This document shows, piece after piece, positions 29,086-39,288 of a stretch of 52,785 nt of DNA. The notes under the pieces are model-generated. The model made no database searches. It was given only the letters and a program-made list of their open reading frames with translations, and had not been told where the DNA came from. Position 1 is the stretch's first letter; every line of letters begins with the position of its first letter. Origin of the DNA: a virus (Duplodnaviria; Caudoviricetes); the IMG/VR virus record IMGVR_UViG_3300042291_002130, positions 1 to 52,785 of that record; one strand, 5' to 3'. The position numbers and the translations under genes were made by a program.

Positions 29086-29979
29086 ATGAGCCACTTTTGT
29101 GTACTAGTTGTGTCAACGATTAATGATGACATTGATGAAATTTTAGAACCATATAATGAAAACCGTCGAGTTGATAGGTATGTCAGCCAAACTAAAGCTG
29201 AAGTTATTAAATTAGCAGTTGATCGACGTGAAGAATATAAAAACGGAAGATATGCTGAGTTCTTAGCTGACCCTATAAAATATGAAGAGGGCTGCACCAA
29301 CCCAGGTCACATTGAATTTATTAAAGTAACTTTTCCTAAGCTTCTTGAAATGAATGATGAAGAGCTATATCAAGATGAAATAAAATACTATGAGCCTAGT
29401 GATATTGGACCAAATGGAGAAATATATTCAACTTATAATCCAGACTCTAAATGGGATTGGTATGAAGTCGGAGGCAGATATGCAGGTATGCTTAGAGTAA
29501 AAGATGGAACTCCTTTCCATGAACCTAATTTTTCTTGGGATGTTGAGCCTGATGAGCAAGAAAAAGTAATTGGTGATTTTGGAACGGATGTTGCTGTTGC
29601 CGGAACAGTTGATTTTACTAAGATACATAGAACTGACGAAAGTTATACAGCTTCGCTAAGATACTGGGAATTAATGGTAGAAGGTGCTAAACCTAAAACT
29701 GAAGATGAAAATGAAATGGTCAGCCATAGCTTTTATACTCCAGAATTTTATATTGAACGTTATGGAAATAAAGAGACTTATGCAAAGTGTCAATCATCAT
29801 TTTCAACTTGGGCAGTCTTAATGGATGGAGCATGGTATGAAAAAGGTAGCATGGGAATGTTTGCGCTATCTGATGAGACCCATGACGAGGCAATTGACTG
29901 GGAAATAAATTATTACGATCGTTTTATTAAAAACCTTCCTGAAAAGTCGATATTAACCATTATTGATTGCCATATATAA
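29086..29979 (+). CDS. Conserved phage hypothetical protein
   Basis: MSHF.VLV...NPDSKWDWYEVGGRY...DG.WYEKG.MG...IDCHI. Confidence 0.7.
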   Translation: MSHFCVLVVSTINDDIDEILEPYNENRRVDRYVSQTKAEVIKLAVDRREEYKNGRYAEFLADPIKYEEGCTNPGHIEFIKVTFPKLLEMNDEELYQDEIKYYEPSDIGPNGEIYSTYNPDSKWDWYEVGGRYAGMLRVKDGTPFHEPNFSWDVEPDEQEKVIGDFGTDVAVAGTVDFTKIHRTDESYTASLRYWELMVEGAKPKTEDENEMVSHSFYTPEFYIERYGNKETYAKCQSSFSTWAVLMDGAWYEKGSMGMFALSDETHDEAIDWEINYYDRFIKNLPEKSILTIIDCHI

Positions 29980-29980
29980 A

Positions 29981-30301
29981 ATGAAAAAAGCAACTATCTC
30001 ACTTAAAATGAAAATTGGAATTGTTGAATATGATTTCAAAAAAATAATTAAAGAATGGATAAAAAAAGAGTGTCGGTCAGAGGCAGAAGAGATAATTGGC
30101 TTGATCTTGCGTTGGGATACTCGATATACTTATACTCTACTGGTAGAATTTATTATCTATCATGAAAATAAAATGGGTAATCAAGTTTGCAGTCAACTAG
30201 ATTTTATGAAATATAAACTTGTTGATCATGGCCGTATGAAACACGAAGGATGCTTTGGTGCACCATTCATTGAAGTTAATGATCATGACTATGAAAAATA
30301 A
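29981..30301 (+). CDS. Hypothetical protein (start moved to 29981)
   Basis: ORF within the operon. Confidence 0.5.
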   Translation: MKKATISLKMKIGIVEYDFKKIIKEWIKKECRSEAEEIIGLILRWDTRYTYTLLVEFIIYHENKMGNQVCSQLDFMKYKLVDHGRMKHEGCFGAPFIEVNDHDYEK

Positions 30302-30548
30302 TTACCTTGGCCCTAAGAAAAGAGAAGCTCGAGAAAGAGCAGTTAACCTCTATAAAGCTAATATAAAAACATTACGTGAACGTGGATTTGAAGTATTTCC
30401 AGTTAACTATCATGGAAAGGTTCCAATGGGATGGACATTTGCTCTTAATGGAAATAGATCAGTTTATGCTTGGGATTGTGAATCGTCAGTTATTAACTAT
30501 CTATTAGAATTAAAAGAAGGTGAATTGCCAGCTGGATTAACAGTATGA
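30291..30548 (+). CDS. Hypothetical protein (start moved to 30291)
   Basis: ORF within the operon. Confidence 0.5.
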   Translation: MKNNYLGPKKREARERAVNLYKANIKTLRERGFEVFPVNYHGKVPMGWTFALNGNRSVYAWDCESSVINYLLELKEGELPAGLTV

Positions 30549-30549
30549 T

Positions 30550-30585
30550 AGAATATTAAACAGTAAATTAGCTGTTTAATATTCT
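30550..30585. terminator. Perfect 14-bp inverted repeat between convergent genes
   Basis: AGAATATTAAACAG-N8-CTGTTTAATATTCT. Confidence 0.65.
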
Positions 30586-32025
30586 CCAAACTTTATATGA
30601 AAGAATCATTGATTCTCCTAAGTATTCTTTACGTAATCTTTTAACTTCTTCCATATCTCCTTTTTCGTATGCATCAATAATTGCGTTACTTACTTCCGCT
30701 TTAGAAAGATCAGATCTATTTTGAATATCTGTACCCATTTTTGGTTCTTCTTCATAATTAGGTGAAGAATAGTCAGAGTCTCCTTTTAAAGATCTTTGAT
30801 ATTCATCCTCTTGATTAAGATCATTTAAAACTTCTTCTATAATTGGATCACAAAGCTCAACTGATTCTGGTGATTCAGAAAGAATAGCATTTACTACGTC
30901 TAACATTTCTTTAGCATCTTCTTGTCCAAGCATTGCAATTTTACCAAAGAATAAGAAATTTACTTTTTCTTGAAATGATGCAATTTCTACATCACTAGAA
31001 TCAGTGTCAATTAATGACTCAACAACCGCTTTTACTTTAGGATGTTCTGCAACGACAGTAAAGAATGCATTTTGCATTTGACGACCGTATTTAATTTCTT
31101 GTAATTCATCAAATAAAGTATCAGTATTCATTACAACTTTTTCAGCATCACCTCCATATAGAGATTCAAGACTTGCTTGAGTAACTAACATATAAATACC
31201 TTTAATTGATTCATGAATAAGAACAGATAAGTCAACTCCTCGAGCTCTAACTGTTACTCCTACTCCTGATACTAAATCCTCAGCATCTTCATTATTTAAG
31301 ATATCATCACCGTTTGCTAAATTGTCTAATACTTTTTGTGCAATATCTTCTTTTTCTTCTCCTTGCTCTTCTTCAAATTCAATAGCACAACTTCCACTAA
31401 ATCCTTCACGATTTTGCCACATTCCTTTTTGCATTTCTTCAGGTATTGTCCAATCAAAGAATTGAGCAACCGCTGATATTTTATTTAATGTAGCTAAATA
31501 CTCAGTTGCATTAGATCCCATTATTTTGGAAATACCATCCTTAAAGATTGAAAGATTTAGGATTGATTTAACACTAAGTCCTTTTCCTTGTTGAATAGTT
31601 CTTAGGATCTTTCTTTTATTAATTTGATTAATTAAGTCAGTGTCTAAAATCTCTTCAAGCTCAGGTTGTTCAGTTGGAGTCTCTTCCATTTCTTGTTTAA
31701 CTCCTCGGCGATCTTCAATTTTAAGATCAAGAGTCACATCATCAAGTAGAGAACCGTATAGTTCTTGAAGTGCAGCTGTTACTAAATCAGATAGATCCGC
31801 TTCATTACCTCTCTGTAATTGTTGAGATCGTTGAACTAATCCCATAAAATTTTGAATATCTTGGCGATTCTGCATTGCAAAATCTCTTGATTCTCTATCA
31901 GATCCTTGTGAAATCTTATTTAACCATGATTCTTTACTAGATCCCTCTTCTCCTGGGATACCGATATTTCCTCTAAGATCAGCTTCAGCGATAAATGATT
32001 TAAAATCGAATACTTTATTTTGCAT
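30568..32025 (-). CDS. Acidic virion-internal protein candidate
   Basis: MQNKVFDFKSFIAEA; LIHESIKG (HExxK); C-terminal ESMILSYKVW. Confidence 0.6.
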   Translation of the reverse strand: MQNKVFDFKSFIAEADLRGNIGIPGEEGSSKESWLNKISQGSDRESRDFAMQNRQDIQNFMGLVQRSQQLQRGNEADLSDLVTAALQELYGSLLDDVTLDLKIEDRRGVKQEMEETPTEQPELEEILDTDLINQINKRKILRTIQQGKGLSVKSILNLSIFKDGISKIMGSNATEYLATLNKISAVAQFFDWTIPEEMQKGMWQNREGFSGSCAIEFEEEQGEEKEDIAQKVLDNLANGDDILNNEDAEDLVSGVGVTVRARGVDLSVLIHESIKGIYMLVTQASLESLYGGDAEKVVMNTDTLFDELQEIKYGRQMQNAFFTVVAEHPKVKAVVESLIDTDSSDVEIASFQEKVNFLFFGKIAMLGQEDAKEMLDVVNAILSESPESVELCDPIIEEVLNDLNQEDEYQRSLKGDSDYSSPNYEEEPKMGTDIQNRSDLSKAEVSNAIIDAYEKGDMEEVKRLRKEYLGESMILSYKVWRILNS

Positions 32026-32290
32026 ATTTGTTATATAAATTTTTAATAATTTTAGTACCTTCTGGTGTATCTTTAATCTCTGCTAATGTTTCAAAGAATA
32101 GATCTATCATCTCTTGATATTCTGCCATTGGTTTACCCTGTTCCTTTTCTCCAGGTCTCTTAGTTGGAATAGGTCTTCCTGGTCGAGTGATTGGAGTTGC
32201 AGGTTTAACTGGTGTTTGTATTCCAGGTCTAGTCTGAGTATCGTCCATTACAAATCGTTCATAGATTGATTGTATATGTCTTTTCATCAT
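32015..32290 (-). CDS. Small Pro/Thr/Arg-rich late protein
   Basis: MMKRHIQSIYE; TRPG repeats; GATAAATA upstream. Confidence 0.55.
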   Translation of the reverse strand: MMKRHIQSIYERFVMDDTQTRPGIQTPVKPATPITRPGRPIPTKRPGEKEQGKPMAEYQEMIDLFFETLAEIKDTPEGTKIIKNLYNKYAK

Positions 32291-32402
32291 AAATATTTAA
32301 TTTATTTTAGTTATTTATCTTAATATTTACTATAATTATAGTTTTAATTGAGAGAATGTTAATTTAGAGATAAATAAGTATATAAAACAATTTATTTTAA
32401 AT

Positions 32403-33896
32403 ATGAGTACAATATTATCTTTTTCTAATTGGTCTAGAGACAATCAATTAAATGAAAATATCCAAGCAGCAAAAGCCTTTTTATTAAAAAAAGCAGCTGA
32501 TCACCGTGGATTGGGAGTATCCGATATCTCAGTTGAGGATCAACAAAAGATTTTAAATAATCCTGATTATAAAGCTATTCTTGAATTATTAAAGAGCAAT
32601 CACGGATATGTATTTCCATTTGTTAAATTTAGATTTGAGCATGGCGCAGACTTATCTCAACTTAGAGAACTATATCAAAAAATAAAAGATAATGCTGGGT
32701 CACTTTCTTCTTTGTCAATGACCATTGAAGAATATTCAAATCAATCTACTGTTAATGGAGTCCCTTCAATTGAAGCACTGATTGATGAATTTTATAAGAT
32801 TGAATCTCGTAGAAAACATAAATGGGTTATTGATAAAGTAAATGGAGATCTTCGTAGAAGTATTAAAGCCTTACCTCTAGATCAAATTGATCGATTATAT
32901 AGAGCCGCTGCACTTATTGATAAAGCAGATGCGGACGCTGGAGATTTTACTGATCCTGAAACTGGCCGAGTTACAAATAATCGACTTGCTCTACTTTCTA
33001 AAACTAATGCATTTAGTGATGGTGCTAAATATATTACTTGGGTTGAAGAATATACACAAGGAGTAGCAAATTCTGATGTAACTGCAAAGATTGCTGAACT
33101 TAGAAAACTCGAGCCTGAAGCAGGGCTTATTTATAATAAAGATGGATACGTAGTACTTGGTATTCGAACTGAAAGTGCTCAAAAGGCATTGTGTTCAGTA
33201 GGTATATGGTGTATTAATCGCGGTGCGTGGTCAAGTTATGGCGGAAAACCGAAGGCTATTCAAATTAATATATTTAATTTTAATAAACCTATCACCGATG
33301 TTATGCATATATCTGGTACTACAATTACGGATGATCGAGTTACTGCCTCTCATGATAAAAATGATGATTCGATTATAAGATCTACTAATCCGAGAGATCA
33401 TTTCTTAGGATTAGGATATTCTCAAGAGTTAGTTGATGCAATTGTTTTAAATATCCCAAGGGAATATGCAATAAAAAAACTGGTTACTGACTTTAATATT
33501 GATACTAGCAATCCTGAAAAACTATTAACTGATTTAATTAAAGCTAGTTATCAATTAGACAATACTTCAGATAATTCAATTACTCGTATAATTGATCTTG
33601 TAAAAAATAATATATTAAATAACTTATCTGAGGATCAAATTATTGAAATATATAAATCAATTGGTATACTTTCTCAAGTGTCAGCGATGTTTCTAAATAA
33701 TGCGATTCCTAATTTATCACTTGATACTAAAAATAAATTAATTGAAATAAATGATAAAAAAGTATCTCAATTAAAAGCTATTTTTTCAAGAGTTGGTGCA
33801 GATTTTAATAAAGCTCTTACTTCAGTCATATCAAATGAGGAAAATATTAAAAATATATTAATGTCTGGCGATACTATTTCTAATGATAGTAATTAA
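32403..33896 (+). CDS. Virion-internal protein candidate (possible PcfJ-like segment)
   Basis: MSTILSFSNW...LNEN; ESAQKALC...WCI; GATAAATA at 32369. Confidence 0.55.
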   Translation: MSTILSFSNWSRDNQLNENIQAAKAFLLKKAADHRGLGVSDISVEDQQKILNNPDYKAILELLKSNHGYVFPFVKFRFEHGADLSQLRELYQKIKDNAGSLSSLSMTIEEYSNQSTVNGVPSIEALIDEFYKIESRRKHKWVIDKVNGDLRRSIKALPLDQIDRLYRAAALIDKADADAGDFTDPETGRVTNNRLALLSKTNAFSDGAKYITWVEEYTQGVANSDVTAKIAELRKLEPEAGLIYNKDGYVVLGIRTESAQKALCSVGIWCINRGAWSSYGGKPKAIQINIFNFNKPITDVMHISGTTITDDRVTASHDKNDDSIIRSTNPRDHFLGLGYSQELVDAIVLNIPREYAIKKLVTDFNIDTSNPEKLLTDLIKASYQLDNTSDNSITRIIDLVKNNILNNLSEDQIIEIYKSIGILSQVSAMFLNNAIPNLSLDTKNKLIEINDKKVSQLKAIFSRVGADFNKALTSVISNEENIKNILMSGDTISNDSN

Positions 33897-33947
33897 ACTT
33901 TTTTATTTTAATTAGTATTATAGTTAATATTACTAAACTAAACTAAA

Positions 33948-34238
33948 ATGAAACAGAGTAAAATTGATGAAGCTCTATTCGATTGTTATCGAGAGCTTTT
34001 TGCTAATTCAACACCAAAGGGAGATTTTGATAAACTTGTTGAGACTGCTGAGATCAATGACCGAGGCCAAAAAGAGATTCCTTTTAGGGATTATGAGTTA
34101 CCTGAAGAAAAGTTTCAGCAGATCATAAAAGATACTTTAACTAAGCATAAGGTACCTAAAAGTTTACATAGATCCTTCAGTGTAGCAATACATTTAGGTT
34201 GTTCTCCAAAATTTACTAGGAAAGATGCAGCACTCTAA
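33948..34238 (+). CDS. Conserved phage hypothetical protein
   Basis: CYRELFANSTPKGDFD...LGCSP. Confidence 0.6.
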   Translation: MKQSKIDEALFDCYRELFANSTPKGDFDKLVETAEINDRGQKEIPFRDYELPEEKFQQIIKDTLTKHKVPKSLHRSFSVAIHLGCSPKFTRKDAAL

Positions 34239-34416
34239 TTTTATCTTACCTAATTATACTGAGAGTAAACCTACCCCTGGTCCAAAATCAGGTGGAGTCG
34301 TTTTACCTGAATTCATAGTTCGCTGGGAATATGATGGAGATGGCAAAATTGTAGTTTATCTAAATGATGAAAACGAAAATCAGCTTGATAAAATAGTCTG
34401 GCATGAGAGACATTAA
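34225..34416 (+). CDS. Hypothetical protein
   Basis: Overlapping ORF within the operon. Confidence 0.5.
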   Translation: MQHSNFILPNYTESKPTPGPKSGGVVLPEFIVRWEYDGDGKIVVYLNDENENQLDKIVWHERH

Positions 34417-34440
34417 AGTAGCATAATTAAAAAATTTGAG

Positions 34441-35136
34441 ATGAGTAAAAACTACATTATATGGAAGGCAATTGACGTCGATCAGATAGAAAACATAAAA
34501 CATCTGATTGAGGTTGGTGAGTGGCATCCAGGATATAAGACTTTTCCAAATATGGATCCTATTACAGGTATTTCGATGGCATCAAACAAAGAATACTCAC
34601 AAAGCAATCATAACTACCAAATAGTTGCAAAAATTGTCTATGATGCAATGGACAAATCGGAAGATTTTGATATTTTTTGTTTTCCAAAAACAAGCAGTCC
34701 TATTCTGATATCAAAATACGATGTTGGCGAGAAGATGAGTATACATGAGGATAATCCAAAAAACGGAGATTTTAGCACCACACTATTCCTAAACGATCCT
34801 TCCACCTATGAAGGCGGTGAGCTGTGTCTCTACATCAATGGAAAAGAAGAGAAAATAAAATTAGACGCAGGGTACGCTATAACTTATGAGACTGGAATAC
34901 CTCATCGAGTCAACCGACTGGAGAATGGGCAGAGACTAGTTATTGCATTGTGGTCGAAAAGTTATACGATTGACCCGTTACATAGAGATATTTTAAATGA
35001 TATATTCAAACTTGAAAAAATGATACAGGACGATGATCAAGTTTACTCAGATTTTGAATTATATCTAAATTCACCAAGGAAAATAATAAAATCTATAAAA
35101 AATAAAATTCTCAGGAAATACCAATTATCTAGCTAG
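34441..35136 (+). CDS. 2OG-Fe(II) oxygenase, PKHD/PiuC-like
   Basis: SKY..G....HED...DFSTTLFLNDP.TYEGGEL...KLDAG...Y..G.PHRV....G.RL. Confidence 0.85.
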   Translation: MSKNYIIWKAIDVDQIENIKHLIEVGEWHPGYKTFPNMDPITGISMASNKEYSQSNHNYQIVAKIVYDAMDKSEDFDIFCFPKTSSPILISKYDVGEKMSIHEDNPKNGDFSTTLFLNDPSTYEGGELCLYINGKEEKIKLDAGYAITYETGIPHRVNRLENGQRLVIALWSKSYTIDPLHRDILNDIFKLEKMIQDDDQVYSDFELYLNSPRKIIKSIKNKILRKYQLSS

Positions 35137-35226
35137 CGAATGGGTCTATGTTAGTTATCGTAAAACCAGTTGCTCACATTTAATAATTAAATCTATTTGT
35201 GTATAATATAATTAAAATCAATACAC

Positions 35227-35967
35227 ATGTACGATAAAATATTTGAATTCTGCAAAGTTAAAAATCAAGGAACCGTTTATAAAAATGGTACTTCGGTTAC
35301 GCCAAGAGTTAAATTTTTAATTAATTTACTTAATGATCTTGATTTACCATATGAACTTGACTCTTTTCCTGTTGATGAAGATACTATGGGATATAATCTT
35401 GTTCTTAGAGGAACTTCAAAAAAGATGATAACTGCACATCATGATATCGTAAATCCAAATATTGATAATGCAAACGATAATTCAGCATCCGTAATTAATG
35501 CAATTGCGACCAAACTTCTTCATCCGGGACTACATGTAGTTTTATTAGATGGCGAAGAAGTTGGAGGATTGGGATCACAGAGATTATCTGAAGAGATTAA
35601 TGAAGGCTCATTTGGAACAATTGACTGGATTCTTAATCTTGAATTGACTGGTCGAGGTGGAGATACTTTCTTTATTGGCAACTATCCTGGTAAATTAACA
35701 GATCACATTAGAGGGATCTTTGATTGTCCAATAGTAAATACTCCATTTAATGATTCATCAATCTTTAGAAATAATGGAATTGATTCAGTCGTAATTAATC
35801 CATTACCTATCTTAGAAAGCGGTGAGAGTCCAGTAAAATGGGGAGATCAATATTTAGATTTCTCAATGCTTCACAACTGCCATAATGAAAAAGATACACT
35901 CGATACAATTAGTGTAGGGGATATGAAATTATTTGTTGAAAATGTAATTAGTCCAATTATTAAATAA
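35227..35967 (+). CDS. M28 family metallopeptidase
   Basis: TAHHD, ANDNSAS, DGEEVGGLGS, LNLEL, ND, HNCH..KD. Confidence 0.8.
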   Translation: MYDKIFEFCKVKNQGTVYKNGTSVTPRVKFLINLLNDLDLPYELDSFPVDEDTMGYNLVLRGTSKKMITAHHDIVNPNIDNANDNSASVINAIATKLLHPGLHVVLLDGEEVGGLGSQRLSEEINEGSFGTIDWILNLELTGRGGDTFFIGNYPGKLTDHIRGIFDCPIVNTPFNDSSIFRNNGIDSVVINPLPILESGESPVKWGDQYLDFSMLHNCHNEKDTLDTISVGDMKLFVENVISPIIK

Positions 35968-35976
35968 TAAAGTATT

Positions 35977-36261
35977 ATGGAAAATCTAGAAGAATTATCT
36001 AAGAAATACCCAAATGATATGGATTTTGGGAGAGTCGTACGTCAATTAAAACCTTCAGATCAGGCAATTGAGCTCTTAAAAGAAATTATTGCTCTTCATG
36101 GATTTGGTGGGTATGGGTATGAAAATGCTCTATTAGAGAGAGGAAAAACTCATTATATGGATGAGGATGGAAAACCATTAGTTTATCGACATTCAATTGA
36201 TGCAAATAAGATGAATGAAGTTGATGATAAAATTATTGCATATTTAAAATCATTAAAATGA
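35977..36261 (+). CDS. Hypothetical protein
   Basis: KKYPNDMDFG motif. Confidence 0.55.
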   Translation: MENLEELSKKYPNDMDFGRVVRQLKPSDQAIELLKEIIALHGFGGYGYENALLERGKTHYMDEDGKPLVYRHSIDANKMNEVDDKIIAYLKSLK

Positions 36262-36902
36262 TTGAAAACTTAGAATTAATCAAACCTTTACTTAACTTTT
36301 CAGAAAAAGGAGATTTCTATATGCTTTATGTCTTTAAACGTAAAAAGGACCAGCCTGAAGAAGAACGTTCTAATCATCAATCAGTAAGAACTATTAAATC
36401 TTATTGTATCGAAAGCCTTGATCACTTAGAGAGAAGGTATGCCGAAATCAAACAGCTTTGTGAGATGTTTAAAGCTCGAGCTTATATTCATGTACAAAAA
36501 CAAAATCATACTGATGTCGGTTTAAATATGTTGGCTGGATTAGCTGAGAGAATTAGAGACGGTGTCACAAATCAAAAGGGTCTATTTGATTCAGTTGTTG
36601 GCCAATTAAAAACCAATGAAAAACGTTGGATTATTGATGTTGACGGAATGAGTGAACCTAGTCCATTAATGATGGCATTTATTGAGTATCACTGTGAGCC
36701 TATTACTATAATAAACTTTGATGAAATAGGGATTCCGATTGAGTATATAAATGGTCCAAAAATAGAAGCGATTATTCCAACTAAGAATGGACATCATCTA
36801 ATCACAAAAAAGTTTAATGTAATGGCCTTTAAAAAAGAATATCCAGAGATTGATATTCAAAAAAAGAATCCTACTTTATTATATTATCCTAATTCACTAT
36901 AA
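36258..36902 (+). CDS. Putative AEP (primase-polymerase) superfamily protein
   Basis: WIIDVD (hhhDhD) and PTKNGHHLI (sxxGhH). Confidence 0.45.
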   Translation: MIENLELIKPLLNFSEKGDFYMLYVFKRKKDQPEEERSNHQSVRTIKSYCIESLDHLERRYAEIKQLCEMFKARAYIHVQKQNHTDVGLNMLAGLAERIRDGVTNQKGLFDSVVGQLKTNEKRWIIDVDGMSEPSPLMMAFIEYHCEPITIINFDEIGIPIEYINGPKIEAIIPTKNGHHLITKKFNVMAFKKEYPEIDIQKKNPTLLYYPNSL

Positions 36903-36903
36903 T

Positions 36904-37140
36904 ATGTCACCAGAAAAAAGTTATATTTCAATGGTTAAACGCATTGGGATTCCATGGAAGATAGAATTAGCTGAGAGTCAAGATATCCAATCTCATCTTG
37001 ACTATATTGAAAGTATTAAAGAGGATCCTGTCATTGAAGAAGCAAAAATATTAAAGTTTAATAAAATTGCAGGATTCACAATATTAACTGAAACAGATGA
37101 CCTCTTTTTTGAGGGAACAATATTACCTAAATATTATTAA
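36904..37140 (+). CDS. Hypothetical protein (start moved to 36904)
   Basis: TAATATG coupling. Confidence 0.5.
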   Translation: MSPEKSYISMVKRIGIPWKIELAESQDIQSHLDYIESIKEDPVIEEAKILKFNKIAGFTILTETDDLFFEGTILPKYY

Positions 37141-37184
37141 AACTATTAAAAATTAATAGTATAATAATTTAAAACTTATATACT

Positions 37185-37505
37185 ATGAAAATATTTTATA
37201 TTTTACTTGCATGTACTTTAGCAAGTTGCGTAACTGATAGAAATATCCTAACTAGTGTTGAAAAAAGTGAATGGACTAATCGACATGACACTATTTTTCA
37301 TAAAAACATACCAGTTGCAGTATTCACCCATTTTGAATATGAATTATATAAGGGTGATCAAACAATTGAATTATGTTTATCCCAAATCAATGATACTTTA
37401 AATGATATTGATGGCTTAATTAATTATGTGCATACTGTTCATTCAAAGGAAAAAGTTCAGATACGTGCAATGTATCCAAATACAATGTTTAATCGTAAAC
37501 CATAA
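37185..37505 (+). CDS. Putative lipoprotein
   Basis: MKIFYILLACTLASC lipobox. Confidence 0.65.
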   Translation: MKIFYILLACTLASCVTDRNILTSVEKSEWTNRHDTIFHKNIPVAVFTHFEYELYKGDQTIELCLSQINDTLNDIDGLINYVHTVHSKEKVQIRAMYPNTMFNRKP

Positions 37506-37510
37506 GTGAT

Positions 37511-37889
37511 ATGAAAAAGAAAATTAAAGTGCAATTTGATACTAAAATCATTGAAGCGATTTATCCAGGTGCAAAAGCATTAGATTATTTGCCTAGAAAA
37601 AAGAAGAAAGCACTTAAGAAAAAAGTAGCACAAACAATTATCGATATCGCTGGTGATGAAGTACTTAGGCTTAAATTAATCGATAGATTATCAAATGACT
37701 CAATTTAATGAAATGAAGAAAGCTATTATTGAACATCTTAATTCAGTTCAATATGAGCATGGTGATACTTCAGATATTGGCAATGAGATAGGATATGCAA
37801 TAGGTAAATGGTTAGACCACGATAATAAAGATGCATTCATTATAGGTTTAAATCATGGCATATCACTAATTGATGGAACTCATTTTTAA
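37511..37889 (+). CDS. Two small hypothetical proteins (37511-37708, 37695-37889)
   Basis: Overlapping ORFs within the operon. Confidence 0.5.
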
Positions 37890-37898
37890 ATATTAATT

Positions 37899-38510
37899 AT
37901 GAAATCGCTTATACATATAGTTTTACTATTTATTACAACTCTTGCCTTTTCTCAATGGAGTAGAAGCTTTAGATTTAGTGATGATGTATATTATGAAAAT
38001 CATATTTATAAAACGGTTGAGATAGCCTTTGAAAATAGTTATGATAACACAATTGAGTGGAAAGTATGGATGTTGTCAGATATTTTAATAGAACATGAAC
38101 TAGATAATTTACTTGACTATCGAACTCAACGTGGACAAGTCGGACTAGGTAATATAATTAGTCCAGTATTGGATAGCATATATTTTAATGTCGCGGCTGC
38201 ACATAAAGTATGTCCACTAGATTGGAGGTTACCTAGGATAGGAGAATGGGATACGTTAATGATATCTACGAGTCGATCTCAAAAGGAGTTTATGTTTCCA
38301 AATCTTCTTGGATATCGATCATATTCAATAGAAAATGTTGGAGATGCAGTATACAAAAGAAATAAATATCTAATCGGTGGATATTGGTGGGCAGAACCGA
38401 ATGAATTAAATACTAATTCAATTCAATTAGATACTAATTACAATTATAATAAAGGTAGTGGCGACGCTTGGGATAGAGCGACCGTCCGGTGCATTAGAGA
38501 AAAATATTAA
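37899..38510 (+). CDS. Secreted FISUMP (Fibrobacter succinogenes major paralogous domain)-like protein
   Basis: Bacteroidota-type signal peptide (...LAFSQ); YFN..AA..VCP.DWRLP...EW..L, GGYWW, VRCI. Confidence 0.7.
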   Translation: MKSLIHIVLLFITTLAFSQWSRSFRFSDDVYYENHIYKTVEIAFENSYDNTIEWKVWMLSDILIEHELDNLLDYRTQRGQVGLGNIISPVLDSIYFNVAAAHKVCPLDWRLPRIGEWDTLMISTSRSQKEFMFPNLLGYRSYSIENVGDAVYKRNKYLIGGYWWAEPNELNTNSIQLDTNYNYNKGSGDAWDRATVRCIREKY

Positions 38511-38607
38511 ATACTATACTATGAAAAAGACTATTATTGGATTGCTTGCATTTTTAGCTGGATTTATTATTACTCAAATTATTTTTTACTATTTACTAAA
38601 ATAATTT

Positions 38608-38853
38608 ATGACTACTGAAATGTTAGAAGAGGTTGCTGCAAACTTAGCAAACCCAAATGTATGTAAAACTCAAAATTGGATTGAAGGAGCTCAATGGGCA
38701 TTAACTAATCAATTCAGTAAAGAAGAAATTAAACTTATTAAAAAATCTCTTGATTTTTATTGGGACCAATGGAATGCTTCTCATGACAGCAATAAAAAGG
38801 ATTGGGATACTACTCAAGTATTATTTAAAAAAATAAAAGAAAATGAAAGATAA
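38608..38853 (+). CDS. 'LEE(A/V)A...GAxW' family paralog 1
   Basis: EMLEEVAA...WIEGAQWA...FSKEE. Confidence 0.55.
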   Translation: MTTEMLEEVAANLANPNVCKTQNWIEGAQWALTNQFSKEEIKLIKKSLDFYWDQWNASHDSNKKDWDTTQVLFKKIKENER

Positions 38854-39004
38854 TCCATTTGTAGATAAGTGCATTGCTCAATCAAAATTAATTGAGTTAT
38901 ATGAACAACAGCTTGTAGATTTAAGTATGCTGTCTAAAATTGAATTGGGTGATGATGTAATTGCAGAGATCATACGATTAAAAGCAGATATTAATATAGT
39001 ATAA
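38843..39004 (+). CDS. Small hypothetical protein (53 aa; below the ORF-track cutoff)
   Basis: Translated by hand: MKDNPFVDKCIAQSKLIELYEQQ... Confidence 0.5.
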   Translation: MKDNPFVDKCIAQSKLIELYEQQLVDLSMLSKIELGDDVIAEIIRLKADINIV

Positions 39005-39028
39005 CAATAATACATAAATATTATTGTT

Positions 39029-39286
39029 ATGAAACAAGAAACATTAGAAGAAGCAGCTGAAAATTATGGATGGAGAATCAAAACAAATACATTCTCTGAT
39101 CCAGTAAAAGCAAATGACTTAGCCAATTCTGCTAAACACGACTTTATAAATGGTGCTAATTACCAAGCTGAAGGAATGTATAGTGAGGAAGATTTAAGGC
39201 GAGCATATACAGTTGGAAAACATGGTGGAGTAAATCAAACGTATTATGATTTTGATGATTGGTTTAAACAAATTAAAAAGAAATAG
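39029..39286 (+). CDS. 'KETLEEAAE' family paralog 2
   Basis: KQETLEEAAE...FINGANYQAEGMYSEED...WFKQIKKK. Confidence 0.65.
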   Translation: MKQETLEEAAENYGWRIKTNTFSDPVKANDLANSAKHDFINGANYQAEGMYSEEDLRRAYTVGKHGGVNQTYYDFDDWFKQIKKK

Positions 39287-39288
39287 TT

